Below, in pieces: positions 23,841 through 35,384 of a stretch of DNA of 42,369 nt. The position numbers and the translations under genes are program-made. The stretch is from Chiloscyllium plagiosum. Its lineage: Eukaryota. Numbering within the stretch: position 1 is the stretch's first letter; every line of letters starts with the position of its first letter. The stretch lies in NCBI RefSeq assembly GCF_004010195.1, contig NW_025214964.1:14063-56431 (forward strand), written 5' to 3'. The notes below the pieces were generated by a model. It saw only the letters and a list, made by a program, of their open reading frames with translations. It had not been told where the DNA came from and did no database searches.

Positions 23841-26589
23841 TGTGTGTATATATAGATTGTCCTTATAGTGGAAACATTTTCAAACTTGTGAAACAAAGTA
23901 TGAGATTTAAACACATGGAAGGTCCAGAGATCATGAAGCCAGGTTTCTTTATTCCACTGGTATCAGGTCTTTACAAAGATGAAGGGAAATTATGATTAAA
24001 CTGGGAATAATTTACTGTATCTACATGGAGTGAGGCCTGTGGTTTACATTGGTTTAAGGATTTCTTTGCTTATCTGCTCTTTTTTCCCATAAGCATGCAT
24101 TTCTTCAGAGACACCCTTTTATCTGATGGTCCAACCAGCGTGTCCAGTTGCCCTCCCTCACCATCGCCACCATGCTGCTGGATGTTGATGCATAACTGCT
24201 CAGTGCCCACCCTTACCATTGCCACTTTCTTCCATAAAGAAGCAGGAGTTTTATTTCTTGCCCTATCCTTTTATTCCCAATATTTCTCATTGTCCTTGAA
24301 CAGATCGACATCAGGAATAAGTTGGACAACTTTCAAAACTTTGATTACTAGGGATCTTATGTTTCTGAGATGAGTGCTGAGCTGTGGTTTTAGCTCCAAA
24401 TGTATCCACAAATGGAGATATCTATTCTCCTAAGCATTATTGAAGTGATTTTCCTTCCTCTACCGCTCCTAAATTAGTTAGCGCCTCCCTTAATCTCTGT
24501 TGATAGAACCTGGAGTCCCTCAAGTTATATTCAACCAACTCTCTCTCTAACGGACAGTCACCTATTGTCCCTTGTGGACTATGGCTAAGTATATGCTCAG
24601 TTACTAAAGTCAGCAAATGGAATATGAATCAATAGTTTAAAAATCTACCTGGAATAAAAGGCACCTACCTGCTGCTAAATCTTAGCCACTCAGATAGTTG
24701 CTAAGGTATGCATCAGTCACCAAGCACTTGAGGATATACATAAGTAGAAGATATCGACTATAATGCAGTGCAATCCTATGCTGTGAAGTATGTATATCCC
24801 ATAATTTATGTACATTTAACAGACGCCAATGTAAAGTCTAAAGACTAACTTGGAGGGGAAATATAATTACTGATTTATATACCTAGTAACTGGGCCATTT
24901 GGGCCCAGTTACAGAACATTGCACTAACCAGCAATGAATAATGAGGTCTTTAAGTGACTCACTGGGTAAACAACGAGCTTCACTGCTTCTGTCAAGAGTT
25001 GCTGCTGACTTACAGTACAAATGCTGTGGAAACATGGGATGCTATGTTTCTGTAATCTGAGCAAGTCAAAGCGGATTAGTAAAGAACAGAGTATAGGCCA
25101 GCTCACTTGAAGCCTTCACGATAGTGAAGTTGCCCAAGTTGATCCAGATAAAATTGAGTTAAAAAAAATCAAGGAGTTCAGGTTGAAAATTAGGGATTCG
25201 GAGTCAGAGAGGAAATCTGCTACAACTGATTTGTGTAAGAGGATTAAGTCTGATGCCTGTCATATTTTAAGCTACTAAGTCTCCTTTCTCCATGTTGAGT
25301 CTAGGGTCTGTCTAATTGCCATTGCAGAGGACAGACCACTCATGAGTCTAAACAGAAAAGGTACTTATCTTGCATAACAAAGTAGTTCATCGCATGATCG
25401 CAATAGATACAGTCGGTATTACTGTTCATAATTTCTAAGGATTCTAACTCCCTCTGGATGGTCCTACAGAACTCCAGTGACTAGCAAGTCCATTTTGATG
25501 GTTTTAATCCTGATGGAGAGCATCCTGTATGTTTCCCATATAGCTCATCACCTCAAAAGGATGTGGACACCAGTGTAGACTTGCCCACAGCCGAGGTTCC
25601 CTCCAAAGTTTTAAAGTGTATGGATGGATAGATCAATCAGTGGAAGGAGGGAGCAAGCAGCAGAGACCGAGAATACTGAGGCAGGGACAGAATGGGAGAG
25701 TAGGTTAAGGCAAGGATAGAGTCATGGACAATAATGTGGGTAGGGCAGGGCAGGGCACAAATAAGCCAGAGGGCAAAAACAAGACAAATACTAGTAGCAC
25801 TTGAAAATGAAAACACTGTAATGCAATTTTGATGTAAACAACAGGAGATGAACCAGTGTTCGCCAATTTTGATTCCTTTTTTCCTTCTGGGAATGAATTG
25901 ATGGACTTGTACATGAGTCCAACTGAAACAAACTAATCTGTGTTAATTGTGTTTGCCCTCATGGCAACCTCCTTGGAAAAGGATTTGTCCTACTTTAAGC
26001 AAGCACAGTTTTTAGTGTGTTTAACCTGTATGGCAAGACATTTGCAAATACTACTGTTCATGCTTAGTTCCCCTCTGTCCTTCATCCAAATATATACATC
26101 TGCCAACAATATTTCTTCACCATGAGAAATACCAAAAATGTTAAAAACAATAGGCAATAATAGGCCTTGAACCTGCTCCACTCTTCAATATAATCGTGGC
26201 TGATCTTCAATCACGTGCCACTTTCCTGTCTGACTTCGGTATACCTTGATTCCTTTAGAATTCAATAATCCATCAATTCTGTCTGGGATTACTCAGTGAG
26301 TAAGCTCCTTCAGCCTCTGGAGTACAGAGCTCCAATGACTCTCCACTCACTGCGACTGTGTCAGTTTTAACCACTCCAGTCGGAGAAAGAATCTCTGTCA
26401 AGGCATCTCAGAATCTTATCATTGAAGGAGATCACTTCTGTTTTTGTAAAGTCCAGAGAATATAGACCCATTCATTATTCTACACCTCCATTGCATCTCC
26501 TTAAAGGCAAGTTAATCCTTCATTGCAATTTCAGACTCTGTACATAATTTAGGATTTGCCTAAGGTGCAACAATAATGAATGTCGGAAA

Positions 26590-27030
26590 GAAGGTCTTGT
26601 GACAGAATTAGAGGTGGTGCAGAAAATACTCATGAGAACGATTTCAGGGGTGTGGAACTTAGTTAGATGAACACTGCAGAAACTAGGACTTTCTCCTTGG
26701 AGAAGGAAAAAGATTAAGAGGAGATTTGATACAAGTTTTCAAAATCATTGGGCCAAAGCAGGCATACAGAATTTGTTCCCACTGGCAGATGGGTCAAGAA
26801 CCAGTAACCACTGACTTAAGGTCCTTGGCAAAAGAGTCAGCATTAATATTAGGAAAAACTTTGTTAGGCAGGAAGTGATTAGGATCTGGAATATGGTAGG
26901 ACAGGTTGAATCAAGGTTTTCAAAACAAGAATTGAATAATTATCCGAAGCAAAAACAGGGTTGTGGGTTGCTCTGCTAGAAGGTATGCATGGAGAGAAAG
27001 GAGTGAATGATCTCCTCTGTCCTGCAACTA
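26590..27030 (+). mobile_element. Old CR1 3' fragment
   Basis: ttctccttggagaaggaaaagattaagaggagatttgatacaagttttcaaaatcat encodes an FSLEK.RLRGDLIQVFKI-like segment. Confidence 0.7.
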
Positions 27031-27104
27031 TTCCACCATTCTCATCCAGCACCTCAGAATGGCTTCAAGTCCCTTTATTACTTCAGAGACGTTTTGAACA
27101 GTAT

Positions 27105-27660
27105 AATAAAAGCAAAGTATTGCAAGTGCTGAAAATCTGAAATAAAATTCGAAAATATTAGACTCAGGAAACTCAACAAGTCTTGCAACATCTGTGGAGA
27201 GAGAAACAGAGTTAATATTTCGCATCCAATATCATAAAATGGATTGAAAAACAATGTTTGTTTTGCTGTTAATAAAGGAGAGGCAGATCTGGTGGAAATG
27301 ATGGTGACTGTGCCCCAGAGCAAGAGGCAAAAGGAAATGCTAATGATAATTGAGGAATGATACAAATGAAGAATAGGTCTTAATGGTAGATGTGAATAAC
27401 AGAACATTAATTGGTGCGGCTCACAGCAAACGCATTCAAACAAGAGATTTGGTGGGGAAATGTGGGGTCAGGTGTATACTCAACCTGGAGAACAGTTTCA
27501 TGCTCTGAAGCTGTTGAGTGCTGAAGGTTACAAATTGCCTAAGTGGATAATGAGGTTCTCTTCCTCTAGTTAACACAAGCAGGAATAAACATTAACTCTG
27601 TTTCATCCTTCACACATGCTGTCAGACCTGCTCAGTTTTTCCTGCACTTTCCGTTTTTTA
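27105..27660. mobile_element. Old Penelope-derived element with inverted termini
   Basis: Left arm catctgtggagagagaaacagagttaat; right arm attaactctg...atgctgtcagacctgctcagt. Confidence 0.6.
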
Positions 27661-27894
27661 ATTTAGGGAAAAGCTGCAGTGAACTTGTACACAGCAAGCT
27701 CCCACAAACAATATTATGAAAATGACCTTGTGTATATTTAAGAAAGTTTGTTGATCATTCGGGGAATCAAGGTTTATAGGGAAAGGGACGAAATGTAGAT
27801 GTGATGACTGTTGGATCAGACCTGATCTGCTAAATGGTAGAATAGGGTCAAGAGGCCACATGGCCCACCCCATTAAGGTCTACCAAGCAATCTG

Positions 27895-28090
27895 CTTCAG
27901 CAATGTTGTTTGAAGGATGAATATTAGCCTCAACACTAGGGAAAACTGCCCTGCCCTTTTTGAAAGAATGCCTTGAGATTTTTAGCTTAACCAAAAGATG
28001 ACACCCTGCCTCAGTGCTGCACTAGGGTGCCAGTTTAGACTTTGCATTGATGCCCATAGAGTGACTCTTGAACTGCAGCCCTCTATCAAC
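27895..28090 (-). mobile_element. Deu-domain SINE remnant
   Basis: Reverse complement of the Deu-like motifs (ctagtgcagcactgagg; ggctaatattcatccttcaaacaaca). Confidence 0.5.
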
Positions 28091-29209
28091 TGTGTGTTGC
28101 AAGTTGGACCTTGCTGCGCAGTAACTCTGTTTCCTTCCTGACAATGGTTTTCCCAAAGTATCGTTTTGGCTGTAAACTGTTCCAAGCCATCCTGTGGTTG
28201 CAAAAGAAGCGTTTCAGATGCTAATAATAATAGAGAAGGGATATAGATGAAGAATACTTGTTGACAATGTTCTTTCCTTTCAATGTCTGTCAGGTGAAAG
28301 CCCAAATGGCATGTCACCCCATGTTTATGTGCAACCTTAAGCAGCATTGTTCAGCAATCACATGCGTTAGGTGTTGGTCAATGTTCAGTTCCATAATACT
28401 GCAGCAGTGCGGAAAAAGAATGTTGTGCTTTGTTTGTCTCGTTTGATGAATTATGTGTAAAAGATACAACACCATCAATCAACTGTGGAGGCAGGATCAA
28501 TGGGTTCTCCATTGAGCAGCTAGAATGGAATCAAGACAATCCCAGCCATATAACCTTTGTCAGGCAGTTCATTCTGATTACTCATTAGGCACGAGTCCTT
28601 GAGAAGCATGTTATCTTTGATAGGACAGATGGCCTACTCCCTCGCTCCTACAATCGCCCTGGAATATCTGTCGAAATAACTACGACTGCTATCTCTTTGT
28701 TTTATGGGTGGGTTGATTCATCCACTGATTCTGAATGAAAGTCAGGCAGATTTAAAAGGTTTAATTCAACAAATCCCATGGAGGTAATCAGCACACAAAG
28801 GACAAAGGCTGCACCTTAGGCAGTTTATCAGCATCCCTTCAAGGGTTCAAGTTGCGCAGTTAATTTAAAAATGATCAGCCTCTTAATTAGACCCTTTTTT
28901 TATTAAGTCTCACTCAGTTTTTTCGCACCTGCTCAGCTACAGATCACACAGTCTGGTCCACTGTTGCACAGTTCCAAGGTTAGGCAGGAAGCAAGACCTT
29001 AGAGTGATTTGAACACGAGTTTTAACTCCCTGTTCATTACGAGTATTGCCCATCATATAGGTGAGGGTTAAAAATTAATTAGCCATCATCAAACCCTTGC
29101 CTATCAGAAAAGCCTCTCTGATTCAGTGGGAAAGAAGATTTCTGCTTCTCGGTGTTTTATATGACCAGGGTTGTGGTCAATTTGGTGGGAGGGGTGCGTG
29201 GGGATGTCT

Positions 29210-29730
29210 CACGGTGGCCGAGTGATTAACACTGCTAGCACTCACAGCACCAGGGACCTTGGTTGGATTCCAGCCTCAGGTGACCGTCTGTGTGGAGTTT
29301 GCACATTGTCTGGGTTTACTCTGGGTCCTCCGGTTTCCTCTCACAGTCCAAAGATGCGCAGGTGAGGTGGATAGGCCATGCTAAATTGCCCAGAGTGTCC
29401 AGGCATGTGCAGGTGAAGTAGGTTAGCCATGGGAGAAAGTGAGGACTGCAGTTGCTGGAGATCAGAGTCGAGACTGCGCAACTTGGACCCTTGAAGGGAT
29501 GCTGATGAACTGGCTATGATGCAGCCTCTGTCCTTTGTGTACTGATTACCTCCATGGGTTTTGTTGAAAAGTACAGCAGAAGATTCTCCTGCTCCTTGGA
29601 TGCTGCCTGACCTGCTAGATTAGCCATGGGAAATGAGGGTTACAGAGATGGGGTAGGGGGTCAGGGTGGGTTGGTGAAGATTGATGGGCTGAATAGCCTC
29701 TTTCAGCACTAATAGGGATTCTATGATTCA
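29210..29730 (+). mobile_element. HE1-type SINE interrupted by a Penelope-derived insert (29435-29619)
   Basis: SINE head and body resume after the insert; 12-bp TSD ttagccatggga at 29423-29434 and 29620-29631. Confidence 0.85.
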
Positions 29731-30548
29731 TGACCTCTCCCTGGTTGGGAATTAACTTCAATGTCTAGGGAGAAGATTGGCCATGTTAACTTACGTTGAC
29801 CCTGATTCACAATCACGTTGATTTTAAAATTCCCTTCCTCGTGCTCAAATCTTTCCATAGACCTCTCCCTCTCACCATTCTGCAACACTGCAGATAATTC
29901 CTGGTTGGTCAATCATAATGTAAAGGGTACAGCAGTAAAAATCAAAGAAGGCCCAACTATGGCTTGGCTTTGAAAGCTTGCATGTACCTGTAGATTTTGC
30001 TAGTTCTCAATCGAGGAATTGAAGTGTAAGAATACCCAACCATTTATTTAGAGAAAAACAGTCCAATGCAAATGTGGAATATCATTTGTGGGGGTGCGGG
30101 GTTTGAGGACTGGACTGGGCTGGGGTGGTGCGTTTAGTAGTGGGGTTGGTATGGGTGGCAGTGGTTTAAAGACACTGTCTGGTGGCAGATATACTCAGGC
30201 AAAAGTCTATTTAGGCAAAAGCTGACAGGCTTGGTCAAAAAAACGGGTTTTAAGCATCATCTTCAAAAGAAGAGAGAAGGGTCAACGGGCAAAATATTCT
30301 AGGGAAGGACTTTCATTGCTTAGAGCCCACATGGTTGAAGGTAGAAGCATCATACATAGAGTGAAGGAAGTAGACCAATGGACAAGAAGACAGGATCGAA
30401 GGTACCTAGATATCTGGGAGGGTCCCAGGATGGTAATAGAGGCAAGACCTTAGAATAGTTTGAACATGAGTTTTAACCCCAATTATGACTCCATATTTAC
30501 ACCAATGTGTCAACTCGATAGGGAACTATAAGAACTATGCAGCGTCTG

Positions 30549-31915
30549 TCATGTTGCCCAGGAGACCATCAGGGCCAGGCACCCTCCACTCTGGAGTTGT
30601 CTCACTGCCTCCTGTATCTTTTGAACCGTTAAGGGGGCATTAAGAAGAGACACCTGGGAGGTCAAGACTTTGAAAAAAGGACTCCATCTTAACCAGCCTA
30701 TCCTCACAGCCTTCTGACCAATATAGTTCAGAATAAAATTTCGGAAATGCTGCATTAATCTTTTTGGAGTCACACTTAAGAATCCCAGTGCCCTCTCTGA
30801 GTGATGTAATGGATTGGGGGCGGAATCCTTTTCCTGACCAGATACACGAGGTATTTACCTGGTCTATCCTCGTGCTCAAATAGCCTTTGTTTCGTGAAAG
30901 AGAGTTCTCTCTTTGCTGTTTGAGTGAGCACGGAGTTCAAAGCAACCCAGAGACTCGCTGTAGTTAGTCACTGACGGCCTATCAAAATTTGTTGTCTCGA
31001 CTGCATTCAACCGTGCCTCAAGCAGACGCTGCTGCTCTCCCTTCTGTCATTTCCGACTGACTGAATAAGAGATATCTATCCCCCTAGCGTGGGCCTTAGC
31101 AGTCTCACAAAGTATAGACAGGTTACTGGTTGTGCCCGAATTGATAGCCAAAAAACGTTTTAAACTTGTTTGAGAAGTACTCAATAAACTTACTGTCCTT
31201 AAGAATAAAAGGATCCATTTGCCAATGCCACGAGTCTATTCCATTGCCCTTAATCCTAACCTCCAAATATACTGCCACATGGTCAGAAATGGCTATATTT
31301 CCAGTTTTACAGGACATCACCGAATTCAAAAAAGCCAATGGAGCTAGGAAAAGGTCGATCCTTGTATAATACTTGTGTGGGTTAGAGAAAAAGATGAAAT
31401 CCCTACCCACAGAGTGAAGACATCTCCAAATGTCCACCGGTCCCAATTCCATGTAGAAGTCCACCAATTGTTTAAATGGCAGAGATACCTAGGGGACTTT
31501 TGGGCATCCTATCCATTGTAGCATCCATGAGGTGATTAAAATCTCCTCCTATGATAGTGTCTCATGTTTCAAGAGCAATCAATTTAGAAAATATATTAGC
31601 CAGGAATTTGAGGGGTTGTGCTGGTTGGAGGCAGTAAGCATTTAAGACACCATACTCCTCACCGTGTATTAAAACTTTAAAGGATCACAAACTGCCCATA
31701 TTCATCCTTAATTTGATCTAACAACTGGAATGGGAGATTCTTCCGAATGAGAATAGCCATTCCCCTGCTTTTAGTGTTAAAAGATGAAAAGAATACCAGA
31801 TCAACACACCACCGCTCCCTCCCCACCCCAACTCCCCTCCCCCCACACCCCACCACCACTGCAACTTTACTCCTTATCATCAAGTTTGGTTTCTTGCAAT
31901 AAGGCAAATTCACCC
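30549..31915 (-). mobile_element. L1-clade LINE ORF2 fragment (APE endonuclease and linker), decayed
   Basis: SSFNTKSRGMAILIRKNLPF, DIWRCLH..FFSNPHKYYTRIDLFL..ISDH..WQMDPFILKD, INAAFPKFYSELY and LNAPLTVQKIQEAVRQLQSG. Confidence 0.9.
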
Positions 31916-31919
31916 TGAG

Positions 31920-32185
31920 CCATACCTCTCATAATTTTATATACCTCAATAATGTTTCCCCCTCCCCCACCCCCAGTCTTCTTTGTTCTAAAGGCCAAGC
32001 CTATCTAATCTCTCCTTAGAGCTCAATTCCTCCATCCCAGGCAACATTCTGGTAAACCTCCTCCACAGCTCCTCCAGTGCTATCACATCCTTCCTGCAGT
32101 GAGGTTGATAGAACTGCACACAGTGCTCCAGTTGTGGCCTATACGATGCTCTATACAACTCCAACGTTACCTCCTTGCTCTTAGA
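31920..32185 (-). mobile_element. CR1 fragment
   Basis: Reverse complement encodes LYRASYRPQLEHCVQF...[32 protein letters not shown]. Confidence 0.8.
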
Positions 32186-32289
32186 TGTCAGATGCCAATG
32201 TCCATGGATGTGGTGTGTGTGTGTGGCTGATGCCCTGAGATATTGGTGCCTGTGACCAAGATGGAAGTCCTTTGGAGCGAGTGGTGAAC

Positions 32290-32645
32290 TGGGGAGGTGA
32301 TTATCACCAGACTATTAATCCAGAAACTCAGTTAACGTTCTGGGGACCTGGGCTTGAATCCCACCACAGCAGATGATTGAATTCAAATTCCACATAAACA
32401 AAGTCTGGAATTAAGAATCTATTGATGACCATGAAACCATTTTCAATTATTGAAAAGACCCATCTGTCTCACCAATGTCCTTCAGGAAGGAAATCTGCCA
32501 TTGTTACCTCGGTCTGGCCTACATGTGACTCCAGACCCACAGCCAACGTTGTTGAGTCTCAACTGACCTCTGAAATGGCCAGCAAGCCACTCAGTTCAAA
32601 AGTAGCTGGGAACAGGTAATAAATGCCAGCCAGCCAGCAGGACTC
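32290..32645 (+). mobile_element. Shark tRNA-derived SINE (same family as 10655-10920)
   Basis: B-box-like gggcttgaatccc; gtctggcctacatgtgactccagacccacagc; aataaatgccagcc tail. Confidence 0.7.
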
Positions 32646-32661
32646 ATGTCCTGTGAGTGAA

Positions 32662-32936
32662 GATTAGATTAGGATCCCTACAGTGTGGAAACATGCCCTT
32701 CGGCCCAACAAGTCCACACCTAGACCCATTCCCCCTGAATAATGCACCTAACACTATGGGCAATTTAGCATGGCCAATTCGCCTGACCTGCACATCTTTG
32801 GATTGTGGGAGGAAACCAAAGAACCTGGAGGAAACCCACGCAGACACGCCGAAAATATGCAAACACCACACAGACAGTTACCTGAGGCTGGAATTGAACC
32901 TGGGTCTCTGTGAGGCTGTGAGCCACCATGCCGCCA
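32662..32936 (-). mobile_element. HE1-type SINE
   Basis: Reverse complement of the HE1 head and body plus an (AATCT)n tail. Confidence 0.88.
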
Positions 32937-33291
32937 AATAAATAATGGCCACCCAATGAATAAAAGAAGATTCTCCAGGTTCCTGCTCTAACTTCCATGT
33001 CAAGAATTTTCAACATCTAGTTTGCTCACCGTGGTAAAGTTTGTAGCTGCATTTCGTGAGGTAAGATTTACAGTTATTAATCAGCAATAATTCTCCTTAC
33101 TAGGCAACTCCATGCTGCTGAGTGAGAATTTCACATTGATGACCAGAATTTAGTTAAAAGATACAGCTTGATGTTTCTTACTACAGCTATGGCATGCAGA
33201 CCCCAATAAGTTTCCGCCCAGCGTTCCTTCAGTAACAATAAAAATACGTCAGCTTGTTGTAACACTGTTAACTGCAACAAGAGCTCTAAAA

Positions 33292-33494
33292 GGAGAAAGT
33301 GATGTCTGCAGATGGTGGAGATCAGAGTCAAGAGTGTGTTGCTGGAAAAGCACAGCAGGTCAGGCAGCATCCGAGGAGCAGGAGAATCGACATTTTGGGC
33401 CAGAGCCCTTCATCAGGATTCCTGATGAAGAGCTCTGGCCTGAAACGTCAATTCGCCTGCTCCTCGGATGCTGCCTGACCTGCTGTGCTTTTCT
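33292..33494. mobile_element. Penelope-derived palindromic element with hammerhead-like cores
   Basis: Tail-to-tail arms around ttcatcaggattcctgatgaa; core CTGATGA A GAGC TCTG GCCT GAAA CGTC at 33422-33449; degenerate TSD aagagctctaaaag / aagaactttaaaag. Confidence 0.8.
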
Positions 33495-33949
33495 AAGAAC
33501 TTTAAAAGTTCAGGATGTCTAATTCATATATCGTAAACTTTAAAAACTTCCACACATACACACAACATGTACACAGGCATACAAAGTAAAATAAACATTA
33601 TGAGTGGAAGGAAACAAAATGTAGTCAGAGAAATACCGTTCTGTTCCACCAGTCAATAATCAAACTGTGAATCCAGGATCTAGGATCTTTCTTCACATCT
33701 TTCGAATTTAGAATTATTTCTTTCATTGACACCGATGTATATTTTTTCTGGTCTTTTAGCAGAAAATTAGAGGTCACAACTTTATGTAGAATGGGGAGAG
33801 AGAGGAAAGAATGATGAGGCAATTTTCAAGCTTTTCTCCATCTCATTCTCTCCTCTCATTGAGCCTATATTAGACTGTAACCTGACCAGTCAGCAGTTTG
33901 TTGCTAGGCTGAGCTCTTCTGCATCCATAACAAATAGAGGCACAAGATC

Positions 33950-35120
33950 CCCAAAATGTACCTTTGTTTCAGATGCACCAGTTCACTTATTTTTCTCAAA
34001 GCTGCGAAATACTCCCAGGTTTTTCTCTTAGTTTTAAAGCAGTGCTCCTTTCTCATTTTCAGTCCAATGTGCAAAAAAAAAACAGGCTCATACAGGTCTA
34101 CGAGAGATGCCACAACTTTTTATATCATTCACTAAAACCTTGCGTTCTTGTAACTTTCTTAGATACTTTTGCATCTCCAAGTATGACTTGCCTCAGTTGA
34201 GGAATAAGTTTTCTTTTCCTCTTGACAAGAATTCCCTGTAACTTTCAGATGCCTCATTTACTTTTCCAATAAGGCTTGTACTTGGCCTCATAGCTGCAGT
34301 TATTCAGTTGTATTCTGAGTCAGGATTCCTTCCCTTGCACTGACTTGGTACACTGGTAAATCAAAAAACTTTCCTCATTCCTGAAGAAGGGCTTATGCCC
34401 GAAACGTCGATTCTCCTGTTCCCTGGATGCTGCCTGACCTGCTGCGCTTTTCCAGCAACACATTTTCAACACTGGTAAATCCCACAGGTTGACCCCACAA
34501 CCTCCAGCAATCGGCACAAAGTTGCCCTACCTTGTGACAACAGAAACACTTAGGCCATAAGACATCAGTTCCACCTTCAGCCCCGTTCTTCACAGGCTCA
34601 TGAGGAAATCCTGGAGCACTCACAGCTGTCCCTCTTCTCCCTGTCTCCTTGGCTTTCATTTCACCCATTCACCTTCTGTTCTTCTGCACCTGGGTAGACC
34701 AGCCTATACCCACCAGTTACCTCAGCTGCTCATGTAGGTTTTGTAACCTTCTGTGGCTTTTTACTAATAAAAAGAGTGAATTCTTAACTTATTCTAGAAT
34801 TAATCCCTCAGATGGGCCTCACACATAGTTTCCACTTTTAATATCTCCAACAGCTAAAATAATGTTGATTTACTCTTGCAAATTCTATCTAAATCTGTCC
34901 AAGATGCTTCCAGATATTGTGACATTCTGCCTGTAAGCCTCAGGGACTAACTCATATACACCAATAATAACATTTCTTAATTTAATGAAGTCTCTTCAGA
35001 AAACAAGGCACAAGTCTCATGAGTGCCGCCTATCAATCTTGTTTTACATGAGTAATGTCCACTTTTCTTTGGCCACCTTATCTGCTTAAAAAGAAATGAA
35101 AAATGCTTCAGCATCCCTTT
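33950..35120 (-). mobile_element. Gypsy (Gmr1-like) LTR-retrotransposon gag remnant
   Basis: Minus-strand zinc-knuckle-like CFCCHKVGQLCADC, and IRWPK.KW plus YELVPEAYRQ segments typical of Gmr1/SCAN-associated gag; boundaries approximate. Confidence 0.7.
34363..34468 (+). mobile_element. Young Penelope-derived mini-insert with an intact hammerhead core and a 13-bp TSD
   Basis: Core CTGAAGA A GGGC TTAT GCCC GAAA CGTC at 34381-34408; TSD acactggtaaatc at 34350-34362 and 34469-34481. Confidence 0.85.
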
Positions 35121-35384
35121 CATCAAACTGTGGAAGGGCTTGCACAAACTTAACCAGACCCACACTGCGTCTTGAATTGGATTCAGGGGTAGGACACTGG
35201 TCTGGTCTACATGTGACTCCAAACTCGCAGCGATGTGGTTAACTCTTCACTTCCTTCTGGATGATTAGGATGAGCGATAAATGCTGGCCCAGCCAGCGAC
35301 GTCCCCATCAGAATGTTTCCCCAAGTCACAGACCGTCTTATTTAGTTCCAGTCTTTTAAGCTCATGCAAAGATCACTCCTACTG

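Noticed and set aside
25140..25600. Possible ancient LINE coding remnant on the minus strand
   Set aside because: Too degenerate to assign motifs reliably by eye.
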